Under the pieces are notes generated by a model. The model searched no databases, was not told the DNA's origin, and saw only the letters and a list, made by a program, of their open reading frames with translations. Positions 13,408 to 28,158 of a DNA stretch of 64,000 bases are shown one piece after another. A program made the position numbers and the translations under genes. Numbering within the stretch: position 1 is the first letter of the stretch; each line of letters starts with the position of its first letter. The DNA lies in assembly GCA_951406725.2 (NCBI GenBank), contig OX597816.1:3286001-3350000 (forward strand), written 5' to 3'. The stretch comes from Octopus vulgaris. Lineage: Eukaryota.

Positions 13408-13570
13408 GTATATACGACGAGCTTCTTTTACTGCCGCCTACCAAATCTACTCTCAAGGCTTTGGTCGACCCGGGGCTGTAGTAGAAGACGCTGGCCCAAG
13501 GAGTCATGTGGGATTGAACCTGGAACCATGTGTCATGGAAGCAAACTTCGTAACACACAGCCACACCTAC
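13140..13570 (-). mobile_element. SINE family B, near full length
   Basis: Reverse complement of the 36797 copy: tRNA-like head, internal (GT)n, 3' tail ggcggtgc..cagcatggccgcagtc. Confidence 0.85.
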
Positions 13571-14509
13571 ACATACAAGTACACATCCTCTGTAATTTAT
13601 GCACAAAATTCTGAGGTTTTGCAGATTTTTATTGTCCTAGATATCGTGATCTTGTCCAACGTATTGGTTGTTGAGAGAGATTTTCTCTCCAAAAATCCAA
13701 ATCCAGCCATATTTTAATCCAGCTGGGGCGGTACTTAACCTGTCTCTTTAATAACATTTGATACGAAGCTGAAAGTATAATGAGGGTGAAGGGTTTACAG
13801 ATTCCCCACCGATGAGCTATCCATATTCTCTTTCTCGCCCATTCTTTAAACACATTCATATGAAGAGGGGACCAAATCTCCCCAGCAAAGTTTTTTGCAA
13901 TTTTGCGGCCCTAAAAAACGATACGAGGCTGGTTGTGTTTTTATTTGGATGCTGTTTTTATTGTTCAGTTTTAGCAACACTCACACACTCACACACACAC
14001 ACACAATGATCAATATAGCTTGTTATCAGCCTTTTTCTCTTTCTCTCTCCCTTTTACTCTGTTTGTGTGTGTGTGTGTGTGTGTGTGTCTAGCGGTTGAG
14101 GAGACGCAGGTGTAAGAGTAGCTTAGAAACGCACTGAATTACTGGTTGGACTGGTCAGATTCTTGAGCTCTACCTTCCCAATCAGGGTGGGGAGGGGTGG
14201 AATAGTCCAGCCGGACAAGAGTTGGCTATAAGAAATGCAGAGCTTGAGTGCATAACAAATAGATAAAGCATGGACAAGCATTAATGAATAGTCCTATCTC
14301 ATTTATACAAGGTTTGACGTTACAGCTGTTTCGAAGATGCTATAAAGCACATTATTCAAACCGGCGTATAAGGCAATGATTATGCGCGGTAAATAAGCTC
14401 AAGGCAAAACTATTATCAACTCGCATAAAACTGGAGACAGCGAATATCTTCGTGGGAAGAAAGGGTTACATTTGCATGTTTTGCTTACTTGCAGTGTATA
14501 ATTATTGAT

Positions 14510-14680
14510 TTCAAATTTTGGCACAAGGCTAGCAATTTGGGGAAGGAGGTAGATCGATTACATCGACCCCAGTGCACAACTGGTACCTATTTCATCGACC
14601 CCGAAAGAATGGAAGGAAAAATCGACCTCTGCGGAAATTGAACTCAATGTAAAGACGGATGAAATGCCGTTAAGCATCCC
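14510..14680 (-). mobile_element. SINE family A
   Basis: cgattacatcgaccccagtg...ctggtac...atcgaccccgaaag...gaactca is the reverse complement of the family A body. Confidence 0.75.
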
Positions 14681-16854
14681 TTAGGACCTCCCCAAACTAG
14701 ACACCAGTGTTTAAGCCTGGTCCAAACCTTATTAGGTTATCTGTGAAGAAAACCAAACAATACCAAAGGGATTCCTACAAACTGTGTATCTACATACACT
14801 TTCCACTTTACAGAAATGAAAGACAACCAAGAATAACGAGACTAACATATATGAAATTCACAATCCACCATAACGTTTGTTCATTCCCATCATCAGTATC
14901 CAAACGGATATCATTATGGTTTCGACACCTGGGCGGTACTATTCAATCCAGCACTGGCCATAGCGTTAAAAATATAAACACTGCCTGGGAATCCTCCGGG
15001 GACAGAAGCCGGCGGGTAACTTAGAACTTAGAGATCCGGATTAGCTACGATAAAACATCTCGTCCGACGCTCTAATAATTCCGCCAATCCACCACCCTGG
15101 ATTAATACTTTATTTATTGGCCCCCGCCAAAAGGATGAAAGGTAAAACTGACTCCCGTGGGAATTGAACTCAGAACGAAAATATCGAAACAAATCTCGCA
15201 AAGTATTCTATCCGATGCTCTTCCAGTTCTTTCTATGCACGTACATCCTGCCTTTTATTTTTTCGTCTGGCGCAGTTCACCTCGGACTATATGATTTAAT
15301 GTGCTCGATTTTTTGTAAGATTGCACAAGGTGATTTGAGAGAGATTAATGCTAGCAGGTGGAGCTACGCCATAGAGACTGTCGTTGGCAGATAAATAGAA
15401 TCAGTAGAGCATCCGTTAGATGAAATACTCGGAGTTCTGAGTTCAAATCCCATTGATAACGATTTTCTTTGTGGGAACCATAAAATAAAAACCCTTTTAG
15501 TCCAAGAATTGAGTTAATCGATAGTTGAGTGGGTTTTGTGACCCTTTTGCAAATCAATATTGTGTGTGTGTGTGTACTAACATATTAAAAAGGATACAAT
15601 AGTTTGTACACACGTATATTAATACATACAGGCACACACACATACGTATATATACACACGATTATATGTTACGTAATATACTAATGTATATCTATCTGTA
15701 TGTTCATGTGTGTGTATATATATACATATATATATATGTACGTATGCTTGTGTGTATGTGTGTGTGTGTATGTGTGTGTGTGTGTGTGTGTTCTGTACAT
15801 GTACAGATGTCTCCCATGCAATTAAGCACGTGTCAAAGAGTCAAAGGAACACGCTGTAAGATGTCTGTATACAGCATATAAAATCTAGGTGGAGTTGTTT
15901 TATTTATGTACTTGTACCGTATTGTATAACCGAGAACAGGCATGTCTGCATGGCTGTCCTATAGATACGCTTCACCTAAACGTTTATGGTTGCTGTTAGC
16001 GGACGGCCATATTTTTCTTCTGTATTCTTTATACGTTATTTTTGCCCTCTCTGTATAGGAGAGCTTCTTTTCAACAATGGTCACATATGTAGAAATATTT
16101 TATTTTCTTTCTCCTTTCAGAAAAAAAGATTTCCTTCTGTTTTCTTTACAAAAACCAGTCAGAAGGGAAGGAGGGAAAGAAATTAGAAGAATATTATAAA
16201 ATTGTTTAAAAGCCATTTTATAATATGTTTGTTGTTTTTTTTTTTGTATGTAATTTTTGTTGTATTTTATTTTTCACCGTTTTCTTTTGACATATAAAGA
16301 AGTATTGAAGAGGTAAAAACTATGTCTAAACCTGTCCCGAATTAAACAACAGAAGTGTTAAAATGGTGATTATTAGCAAATAATGAACAGCCAAATTGTA
16401 AATATATAAATAAAATACAAAATAATGGAAAATATAATAAATAAAAAAAAAATTATTTGTTTTATTTGGTTTTTTTTTGTCGCCACCGATTTCATTTTTT
16501 TTTCTATATTGCTTTTGTTGTTGGTGGTTGTGATGGTGGAGACGTTGTTGCTGTTGTTGTTGTTGGTGGTGGTGGTGGTGATGAAGATGATGTATATGAT
16601 GATGATGATGATGATGATGGTTGTGATAGCGCTGTTGGTGGTTGTGAGGACCGTATCATTGGTAGCACTGGTGGTTATGATGTGGTGTTGATGGTTGCGA
16701 TAGTGCAGTTGATAGTGTTGGTAGTGGTGGTGGTGGTGGCGGTGGTGGTTGAAATGGCGGCGGTGGGTGGGGTGGGTTAGGATAATCGTAACAAATCGCG
16801 ACAATATTTCTAACATCAAAAACTTATTTAATTTTAAAAAATGTAACTAAAACC

Positions 16855-18130
16855 AAACCACCACCATCACCACCACCACCACCACCACCACCACTATCTC
16901 TTCCGCCACCACCATCACCTCTACGAACCACTAATGCCACCACTCGCACCACCACCACCACCACTACCACCACCACCACCACCACCACTACCACCACCAC
17001 TACCACAACCACCACCACCACCACCAACAACACCACCACCACCACCAAAACCACTATCTCTTCCGCCACCACCATCACCTCTACGAACCACTAATACCAC
17101 CACTCGCACCACCACCACCACCACCACCAACACCACCACCACCACCACCAACACCACTATCTCTTCCGCCACCACCATCACCTCTACGAACCACTAATGC
17201 CACCACTCGCACCACCACCACTACCACCACCACCACCACCACCAACACCACCACCACCACCAACACCACTATCTCTTGCGCCACCACCATCACCAACTAC
17301 GAACCACTAATGACGGCAATAAATAAGAAAGGTACGAGAAAGAAAAAAAAAGAATTAAAAATAAAGAGATAAAAAAACAGCACCACCACCACTAACACCA
17401 CCACCACTAACACCACTGATGAAAAGCATTTCCGCCACCACCATAACAACAAACGTCTACGTACCAGCCTAATGCCACCACTCGCACCACCACCACTCGC
17501 ACCACCACCACCACCACCACAACCACCACCACCACCAACACCACTATCTCTTCCGCCACCACCATCACCTCTACGAACCACTAATACCACCACTCGCACC
17601 ACCACCACTACCACCACCACCACTAACACCACTATCTCTTCCGCCACCACCATCACCTCTACGAACCACTAATGCCACCACTCGCACCACCACCACTAAC
17701 ACCACCACCACTAACACCACTATCTCTTCCGCCACCACCATCACCTCTACGAACCACTAATGCCACCACTCGCACCACCACCACTAACACCACCACCACT
17801 AACACCACTATCTCTTCCGCCACCACCATCACCTCTACGAACCACTAATGCCACCACTCGCACCACCACCACTACCACCACCACCACTAACACCACCACT
17901 ATCTCTTCCGCCACCACCATCACCTCTACGAACCACTAATGCCACCACTCGCACTACCACCACTACCACCACCACCACCACCACCACCACCACAACCACC
18001 ACCAACACCAACACCACCAACAACTACAACAACAACAACAACAACAGCAACATGACGGCAATAAATAAGAAAGGTACGAGAAAGAAAAAAAAAAAGAATT
18101 AAAAATAAAGAGATAAAAAAAACAGAAACA
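16855..18130. repeat. Complex minisatellite: ~55-bp constant core separated by variable (CCA)n
   Basis: About 9 copies of ctatctcttccgccaccaccatcacctctacgaaccactaat(g/a)ccaccactcgca, plus a ~70-bp A-rich block duplicated at ~17310 and ~18052. Confidence 0.9.
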
Positions 18131-18228
18131 AACAAACAAACTGGAGGAAATGATGAAAAGCATTTAAAAAATAACAACAAACGTTTATAGTACAGCCTCA
18201 CCGCCACAGCCAGCGACACCATCGCAGT

Positions 18229-18263
<35 letters not shown>

Positions 18264-18697
18264 ATGCCAAATATATGGTACCACACGTCATATGTAATTG
18301 TTTAAACGTAAAAGACGAGTTTAGGTGAGCGAGTTAATTCAACGTTTTTTTTTCAAAAAAAAAAGGTAACAATAAAATTTCTGGCCAGTCAGACATATTG
18401 AAAAACAAAAAAAATTACAAAAACAAACAAAAAAATTACAAAAACAAACAAAACAAAACAAAACAAAAAACCGTTTGGTCAATGGTTTGGATTCCATCTG
18501 TCACGAACCACTGTTAGAGCTTCACTGCCTGCCTGACTGTCTGCCTGCCAGTCTGCCTGCCTGCCTTGCCTGCCTGCCTGCCTGCCTGCTTGTCTGTATG
18601 TCAGTCTGGCCCTATATATCTATATACCTTGACTGCTTATTTCGGCTCTCCCTCCTCCTCTTCTTCCTCTCCCTTTTAATACCACACACTCTCTCTC

Positions 18698-18763
<66 letters not shown>

Positions 18764-18905
18764 GTTGTTGTTGTTGTTGTTATTATTATTATTATTTACT
18801 TTTTATTTTTGTTTTTGTTCATTTCCTTGCTCTTCTTTTATCGTTAATATTTATATTTTTTTCCACATAAATTTCAATCTGATCATTCTTTATCCAAAAT
18901 TAAAA

Positions 18906-18981
<76 letters not shown>

Positions 18982-19048
18982 ATTATTGATATATATATAT
19001 ATATGTATGTATGTATATGTATATATATATGTATATGTATATATATGT

Positions 19049-19094
<46 letters not shown>

Positions 19095-19349
19095 GTATAT
19101 GTTGTGTGTGTGTGTGTTTGTGCGTGCATATGTGTGTATACATACATCTATATATACACACACATCTATATATACACACACATAGTAGTGTATATATAGA
19201 TGAATGTATAATCATCATCATCAATATTATAGTTTCTGTTACTAATTACTATTTTATAAAAATGCTAATTATAATAATGATAATAACAATAAAAAAAGAA
19301 GAAAAAAGAGAGGTTTCAAAGAAAATTGTAACATGAACAGGCATGTGTG

Positions 19350-19423
<74 letters not shown>

Positions 19424-19508
19424 CATAAACATGTATGTATGTGTGTGTACGTCTGTGTATATACATATGTATATATAGATATATATATACATACATACAT
19501 TCATACAT

Positions 19509-19572
<64 letters not shown>

Positions 19573-19592
19573 GGTCCCTGGTTGAGTCGGGG

Positions 19593-19695
<103 letters not shown>

Positions 19696-20031
19696 TGCGT
19701 GCGTGTGTGTGTGTGTGTACATATATATATGTGTATGTACATGAAATTTTGCTTCACTTTCCGTCTTGAAAAAGTTAAAAAACAAAATACACAAATAATT
19801 TAAAAACAATACAATCACTTTAAGTAAAAACAAAAACAAAACAAAAAAACACAAAAACAAAAACAAAAAAAAAATATACAGACGACAAATATCGTAAGAG
19901 GAGAGAGGTGGAGGCGGAGGTGGGACGATTGACGAAATCTTTTCATATTTAATGTCCATTAAAGAGAACATAGAAGATGTCATTAACACGAACGCCATCT
20001 TGACGGGACGGTTTTGTTTCATAAATGAACG

Positions 20032-20075
<44 letters not shown>

Positions 20076-20240
20076 AAGTCGTCGTAGTAATGATTTATGC
20101 TGCTTGTACTGTGATATGATGTATTTTATATTGTTTCTACGTTGACTTTCACCCAACATCTCTCCCCTTCTCCTCTCCTCTTTTTTTAGTTATGTAGACG
20201 TAGATATATTTATATGTATGTATATATATTATACATACAC

Positions 20241-20289
<49 letters not shown>

Positions 20290-21184
20290 TATGTATTTAT
20301 CTTTGAGATTACCTATCTATACATACATACGTACATACAAAACACATACATTTACATGCATTCATGTATGTGTGTGTTTTTATATATATATATCCACACA
20401 CACTCCCACACATACTCAGACACACACACACACTCCCACACATACTCAGACACACACTCACACTGTCCGCTTCTCCATTCCTCTCTCTCTCCATCGGACC
20501 GACTGTTCATCTATTTCGTTTTCCTCTTTGATTCTTTGTGTCAAGGCCTGGCTTTCACCAGATCCGTTTCTGTTCGTTTTTCTCTCAATCTTAATCTCTT
20601 TTGTTAAACAAGGTTGACATGTTGTTCGCTTATTATAATCACAAATAAATAATCCAATATTTAATGTGATAATTATTAACTGGTATTTTCTGCCCCCCTT
20701 TTTTTTTCTCCAACTTTTATGAGTTTGATTTTGTTTTCCAAGCCTTCAAACAGGAGTTAATAGGGGGACCTCATAAAACAACAAGTAAACAAGACAGACA
20801 AACAATTAGACAGACAGAAAGACCGTTAATGACACCGGAACAAGCAACAACGGAAAGGAAACAAAAAAAAATAATGAACAAAAAAAAGAAACAAAAATAA
20901 GAAAACCAATAAAAGTTTTACGGAAAATAAGGAAAAAGAATAACAATCTTTGAGTAAATATTTAGAAAAGTATTAAAAAGTATGTTTAGTAGATTTATGT
21001 TTTTGTGTGTGTGTTTTCAAGCCAAGTACTTATTCTATCGGTCTCTTTTTGCCGAACGGCCAAGCTACGGGGACGTAAGCACACCTACATCGGTTGTCAA
21101 GCGATGGTTGGGGGAACAAATACAGACACACAAACACGCGCACACACATATACATATGACGGGCTTCTTTCAGTTTCTGTGGTC

Positions 21185-21708
<524 letters not shown>

Positions 21709-21709
21709 A

Positions 21710-21771
<62 letters not shown>

Positions 21772-22353
21772 TCCCTGGCTTACCATCCCTGCAAGAAGTG
21801 CAAAAGATTGTCTTAACTGGTACATCACACGTATTGAGAAGAGCATTGTCGATGTGAGAACTGTTGCTGCTCATATATTTTAATTTAACTTTAAAAAAAA
21901 AAAAAAAAAAAAAATGAACGAACTACTGAGTTTGGTTTAATGGCCTACCAATATACACTATGAGTTTCTTTGCCCTAGGAGTCGGGAAGACACTCGGCAA
22001 GAAATGGAAGAAAATTTGAAAGAAGAAAAAAAAATGTAATAATAATAATAATAATGACAACATAAACAACAACGACAACACCATCAGGAACCGTGGAAAT
22101 TCTACGAAATGAGAGAATATTTCGAAAAATGCATCGCAATAAGAAAGTAAAAAAAAAAAAACTTATAGAAAACTGTCTATTTTCTTATTTCAATGCCTGA
22201 ATCTGTACCCCTTGAAAATGCTTTTGATAAAATTGGTGAAAGTGTAACATTCGAACGCACGAACGTCATGAGAAACCACGTTTTAGATTCTAGGCGATTA
22301 GCATTAGTACCGGACGTTATATATTGTTGGCAGGAAGATCAACAATTGCATTA

Positions 22354-23536
22354 CAATGATCCCTTGCTACTTCGCGGTTCAACTATCGCGGATTCCCGTC
22401 TTCGCGGTTCAACTATCGCGGATTCACGACTTCGCGTATTTTAAAAATATATATATTGATGAACACCTAAAATTTTTCATTAAATCCATTAAAATATTAA
22501 TAATAAATATTATTTCCTAGTCTAGGAACAACAAAACAAGCGTAAAATAGCAAAAAAGCATATACAGGGGTATTTGAACTTAAGACGGGCTGTGATTGGT
22601 GCAATGGAGAGATACGACGAATCACAGCTTTCTATTTTGTAATCTGGCTTGTGATTGGTGCTTTGACCGATGCTCAGATCTGCAGCATCTTCCCTTGTCT
22701 CTGTCTCGCGGCCATTTCGCTTCAAGCTTTCTCGCTGAGTGGTTTACTGTACTACTTTACGCTGCGCTGCGTCTTCCAAGGCTGGAAGCGTGCTGCTTCT
22801 TCTAACGCGTTATTAGACTGCCACTCCCAGCCACTAATCGACGCAGACCTCGAAGACTTGACGAAGTCGGCCAGCAAAGAAGAAGAAGAAGAAGAAACGT
22901 AGCAAGAAACGGAAAAAGTTGTCGACCAAACTGGTCTGACTTTGGAACGGCTGGCCAAGCTCTGCAGCCTGGCTAAAAAATTGAAAGAGGGTTCAGAGGA
23001 ATGGGGCGACGATATGGTTCGTTCTGTGCAATTTTGCAACAAGGTCAACGAAGTCATGAATCCCTACAAGATGCTCTTTGAACAGAAAAGGAAGCAGCGG
23101 CAGCAACTTCCTATCAGAATGTTCTTGCAGCCTCGCAAAAAAGAGTCAGTTCCTGCTGCAACTACTACGGTTGCATCTTTGGAAGAAGTGGAAGAGGTGT
23201 CCTAGGAAAGGGCACCGCCGTCAGCTTCATCATCATCATTTCTACTGCGCAGCAAATTCATCACCATCATCATTCAAATTTTACTTCAACTTCTTTCGTG
23301 TTGAATTCAGTAACAATCTTTATTTTCTTTTTAAATCTAAAGTGTTATTGCTTAACAGTTGTCCTTGTTATTAATAGATTACTGTAATGGGTGGCTTGTT
23401 AACAGTACAGGGAGGGTTTTAAAAGTCCTAATACACGTTAGATAAATACTGTAAATATGGTGTCCCTACTTCGCGGAAATTCAGTTATTGTGGCCGGTCT
23501 CGGAACCAATCTACCGCGATAAACGAGGGATCGCTG
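22354..23536 (+). mobile_element. Tigger/pogo-family internally deleted DNA transposon
   Basis: TIRs caatgatcccttgctacttcgcgg / ccgcgataaacgagggatcgctg flanked by TA. Internal transposase C-terminus DCHSQPLIDADLEDLTKS...LTLERLA...RSVQFCNK...MNPYK...KQRQQLPIRMF. Confidence 0.85.
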
Positions 23537-24309
23537 TATATGAATAGGAGAAAGCATCAATTGGTGGAGTCATTAGAGAATAGGATAGATTGCAGCAATT
23601 TGTTTCGGCTTTTTATTTTCTGAGTTCAAATCCAACCGATGTCAAATTGTCCTTTCGGAATCGATAAGTCCCACTCATATACTGGAATCGATTTTTCTCT
23701 TTCTCTCACATTCTTTCTCACGGTCTGTCTTCCTAGCTTCCGGAAGCAACAGTTATTGTCGGATTTAGAGAGGGATAGGCTCCGCAAGGTTTAAAAAAGC
23801 ATTGCCCCAGACACGTCATGATGTCGCCGGACAGTTCCATCAAGGAGCTGAGGGTCCCAAGACAAGGATACAGCTAGTCCGTACAGTATTTGCCCCGAAG
23901 GCAAATAGTCTTCAGCGAAATTTGAATAAAAAGGATAAATTTAGATGTTACAAAGAATTTAACTCGATGTTCGGTCATGTCTACCTTGGAAACTACAGAA
24001 CTCTGCAACCAACTATCAACAGTCTTTGTGGTTTGGAGAGTACGTATGTGTTACAGAGTTCTGAATAGGCCCTGGCTTATTAACTGTTATCTTATTAACC
24101 CAGAAGATTACAAGTTACAGCCGACACCAAGAGGATTTGAACTGAAGCCACAGAAATAGTTTTAGCTTGTTATGTCAAGTGGACAGAATCTGAGGATTGC
24201 GCTTAAGGCAGTAGACGTGTTATGAAATACTAAGATGTTTCCATCGCATGAAATTATTAACAGCTCATAAAAGTATATACTGTGTTTATTAAGTAATGAT
24301 AATAATAAT

Positions 24310-24521
24310 CCTTTCTACTAAAGGCACATGACCTGAAATTTCAGGGGAAGCGGGTAGTCGATTAGATCGACCCCAGTATGCAACTGGTACTTGTTTTATC
24401 GACACTGAAAGGATGAAAGGCAAAGTTAACCTCGGCAGAATTTGAACTCAGAACGTAAAGACGGACGAAATATAGCAAAGCATTCTGTCCGGCTTGATAA
24501 CGATTTTTCCAGCTCGACGCC
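24310..24521 (-). mobile_element. SINE family A
   Basis: Full reverse-complement copy from tail (cctttctactaaaggcac) to head (ccagctcgacgcc). Confidence 0.85.
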
Positions 24522-24523
24522 TG

Positions 24524-24748
24524 TTGTCGATGAAAAAGGTAGTAGTAGTACCAATAATTGTCGGGAACCCTGGGAACAGTGAGCAAAAATCTCGAGAAGT
24601 ATGTGGAACAAATAGGGGCTGCAATAAGGATGGAACCGCTCGAATACTCCGGAAGGTGCTCGAAAAATAATGGGTGTTGCCTTAGTTCACTGGTGGTGAA
24701 CAGCTGATACCGCATTACCTCTCCAGCGTTAGAAGCTGTGCAAATGCA
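24524..24748 (+). mobile_element. R4/Dong LINE extreme 3' end
   Basis: Near-identical to ~55478-55728 (SMKKVVVVPIIVG...; 3'UTR ctccagcgttagaagctgtgcaaa), ending in (TAA)n. Confidence 0.85.
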
Positions 24749-24751
24749 ATG

Positions 24752-25141
<390 letters not shown>

Positions 25142-25274
25142 TGATGATGATGATGATAATAACAACAACAACAACAACAACAACAATAATAATAATAATA
25201 ATAATAATAGTGATAATAATAATAATAATGATGATGATGATGATGATGACAATAATAATAATGATGATAATAGC

Positions 25275-25365
<91 letters not shown>

Positions 25366-26088
25366 TGTGTGTGTACGTTTGTGTTACCCCATTACCGTTT
25401 GACAATCTGTGTTAATATGTTTACGTCCCTGTAACTTAGCTGTTCGGCAAAAAAAAAAAAACACCGATAGAATGAGTACTAGACTTTAAAAAAAAATGTA
25501 AAATCTGCAGTCGATTTATTCGACTAAAAAATTCTTCAAGGCGGTGCCCCAGCATGGCCACAGTCTGATGAGTGAAACAAGTAAAAGATAGATGAAGTTT
25601 TCCATGCTAACTACGAAAATCAGAACCATGGGTTTAATTAATGAGGGAGCAATTAACAAGGCTTTCAAATTTCGGCACAAAGCCAGCAGTTTTTGTAGGA
25701 AGTATTAGTAGACTACATCGACCTCAGTATTTAACTGGTACTTTATTTTTTAGAGGTCTCGGATGGGTGAAAGGTAAAGTGGACTGCAACAAAATTTGAA
25801 TTCAAAACATGAAGAGCCGGAAGAAATGCTGTTTAGTATTTTGTCCGGCACACGCTAATGAATCTGTCAACACACCGCCTTTGGAGCAATTAATAATATA
25901 AATCTGAAGTCAGAATTGATGAAATTGCAACAAAATTTCAATTCTTAAAAGCTTATGACTTATTTTTTAGCATTATATATATATATACACACACGCTCAC
26001 ATACATACATACATACATACATACATAAATACATACATACACACATAAATACATACACACATACATAAATACATACATACATACATAA

Positions 26089-26142
<54 letters not shown>

Positions 26143-26242
26143 TAACAATATAGTATGAAGTCCCTTTCTCTACAGAAAAGGATTCCATCAAAAAGCGTGG
26201 CAGAATATTAAAAAAACCTTTACGGTTGAAGTATAAACATCT

Positions 26243-26352
26243 TATAATTAAGGGCTAAAGAAGGTTATTCTAAAGCCAATACACTGATTTATCCACTTAA
26301 GTGGATAAATCAGTGTATTGGCTTTGGAATAACCTTCTTTAGCCCTTAATTA

Positions 26353-26354
<2 letters not shown>
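26243..26354. repeat. 112-bp loop-less palindrome
   Basis: tataattaagggctaaagaagg...ccacttaagtgg...ccttctttagcccttaattata; one mismatch; centre between 26298 and 26299. Confidence 0.95.
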
Positions 26355-26385
<31 letters not shown>

Positions 26386-26773
26386 CTAACAGTATCGCCC
26401 AGCGTTGCTCGGATTTGTTTTGACCCCTTAGAATTGGAATTTGTGAAAAGTAAATATTTTGCATTATGTAGCTTGTTATTCTCTTTAAGTGAGCATTTTT
26501 CTGGTTGAAATACACCGAAAATGGCGACACAGCAGTCAAACAATAGGGATTTTTATAGAAAAAAAGCACCTTTTTGATGATAAATAATTTTTGGTGTTAA
26601 CATGGTCTGATTTGAATTTTATCTTCTACGGAATGAAGAGCAAGCCTTCTTCTATCACATTCTCAATTTTAGTCAACTTGCGCCGCAGGATCTCGGAGGA
26701 GATAGTGTTACTTGAAGGCTACCAAACCTGCCATACACACACAGACAACTTCAGCTTTATATATATATATAGA
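26386..26773 (-). mobile_element. Non-autonomous Helitron (internal type 2)
   Basis: Reverse complement of the 29003/31070/41640 copies; TC start, hairpin, TTAG end. Confidence 0.8.
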
Positions 26774-26794
26774 AAATCGAAGCTAAGAAGAACA

Positions 26795-26970
26795 AACATG
26801 GAAAAACAGTAACGCGAGGACGTGGTACAAGTACTGTATTATCAAACGTTCAGGAAAGGAAAGAGAATTTAACGGTTCGAGCAAAGCTCTTCTTCAGAAA
26901 TAGAGGAAAGTCCAAAAGAAGGGAAGACGGAGGAAGAAAATCGCCAACGATTCACACGTGGTTACATCAT
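26795..26970 (-). mobile_element. Penelope-like terminal relic with hammerhead motif
   Basis: Homologous to 48088-48290. Minus strand 26868-26900 reads ttt CTGAAGA a GAGC ttt GCTC GAAC cg tt aaa. Confidence 0.6.
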
Positions 26971-27332
26971 GAAATGACCGGAAGGGAATGGGTGAAGAAA
27001 AAGTTCTTTCTAAGACAGGAGAGCGCAAAAGAAGGAGGTATGTGTGTGTATGTGCGTGTGTGTAATAATAGCACGTGTGTGTGCGTATGTGTGTGTGTGG
27101 TTTTGGCTGTTTATATGTGTGTGTGTGAGTGGACTTGTGTCGCTCAATGTCGGAGGAAGAATGTACAGTAAGAATTTATAGTAGGAGTGGCTGTCTTTTG
27201 TGTAGGAGAATGGTCAGTAGAAAGGTGTTTAACTGGTAGTTTGAAGTATGTGTGCGCGTGTATGTATATATTGTGTGTGTGTATTCTGTGTACAGTGTGT
27301 GCGTGTGTCTGTGTTTGCGTGTGTCTGTGTTT

Positions 27333-27567
27333 GCGCGTGGGGTTGTGTGTGCGCGTGGGGTTGTGTGTGCGCGTGGGGTTGTGTGTGCGCGTGGGGTTGT
27401 GTGTGCGCGTGGGGTTGTGTGTGCGCGTGGGGTTGTGTGTGCGCGTGGGGTTGTGTGTGCGCGTGGGGTTGTGTGTGCGCGTGGGGTTGTGTGTGCGCGT
27501 GGGGTTGTGTGTGCGCGTGGGGTTTTGTGTGCGCGTGGGGTTGTGTGTGCGCGTGGGGTTGTGTGTG
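27333..27567. repeat. 18-bp minisatellite (gcgcgtggggttgtgtgt) x ~13
   Basis: Directly visible near-perfect tandem array. Confidence 0.95.
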
Positions 27568-27852
27568 GGATTCACAATTTTTGTTAGTTGATATATGTTA
27601 GTCACATATTTCAACTGATACATAAATACAAAGTATGGGGTTTAGTTCACAGGTGATCTAAACGATTAGGTACGCTAGGTAAGCGCTGTAACGGATTACC
27701 AGGGCTCCAAGGTTATAGCCGAGACGGTATGCAATGGAGCCATTGCAGATTTCTGATGCAGCGGATGTATAATTGTTAAAGAGGACAACAAACATTAAGG
27801 CAAGGCAAACATCTCAAGTCATTTACATTATTATTATTGGAAAAAATTCAAA

Positions 27853-27908
27853 GTCTTACAGCTGTTTCTGGGATATCCCCGAGTATGGGATACTCCGTCA
27901 TCAGAGAC
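27853..27908 (-). ncRNA. Candidate minimal type-I hammerhead ribozyme (Penelope-type)
   Basis: Minus strand: GUCU CUGAUGA C GGAGUAUCCC AUACUCG GGGAUAUCC CA GAAA CAGCUG UA AGAC. Stem I GUCU/AGAC, intact CUGAUGA, GAAA and UH core, long stem II, palindromic stem III. Confidence 0.65.
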
Positions 27909-28158
27909 AAATAGGAACAAAATAGGGAAAATGAGAAAGGTATATGTTAATGAGATGACTACATAGAGGAAGGGGCTAAAAGAATGAGGAGATGGAGAGA
28001 AAGAAGAAGAAAGAAGCATAAAAGTTCATAGTTCAACTTTCTGATGTTGTAGAAACAAGAGCATAAGTCCTTAGGTGCAATCCTGCGTAGATCCAGGGGT
28101 GTTAAAATCCTGATGTTTACGCAAATCTCTCGACTGCTTGCCTGGCTTGCTATCAACT

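Noticed and set aside
14780-14915. Possible Penelope RT thumb remnant (...FPSSVSKRIS)
   Set aside because: Similarity rests on a few residues; needs a profile search.
16855-18000. CRISPR-like repeat/spacer pattern; extensin-like Pro-rich ORFs
   Set aside because: Spacers are (CCA)n rather than unique sequence, there are no cas genes, the context is eukaryotic, and frames shift between units.
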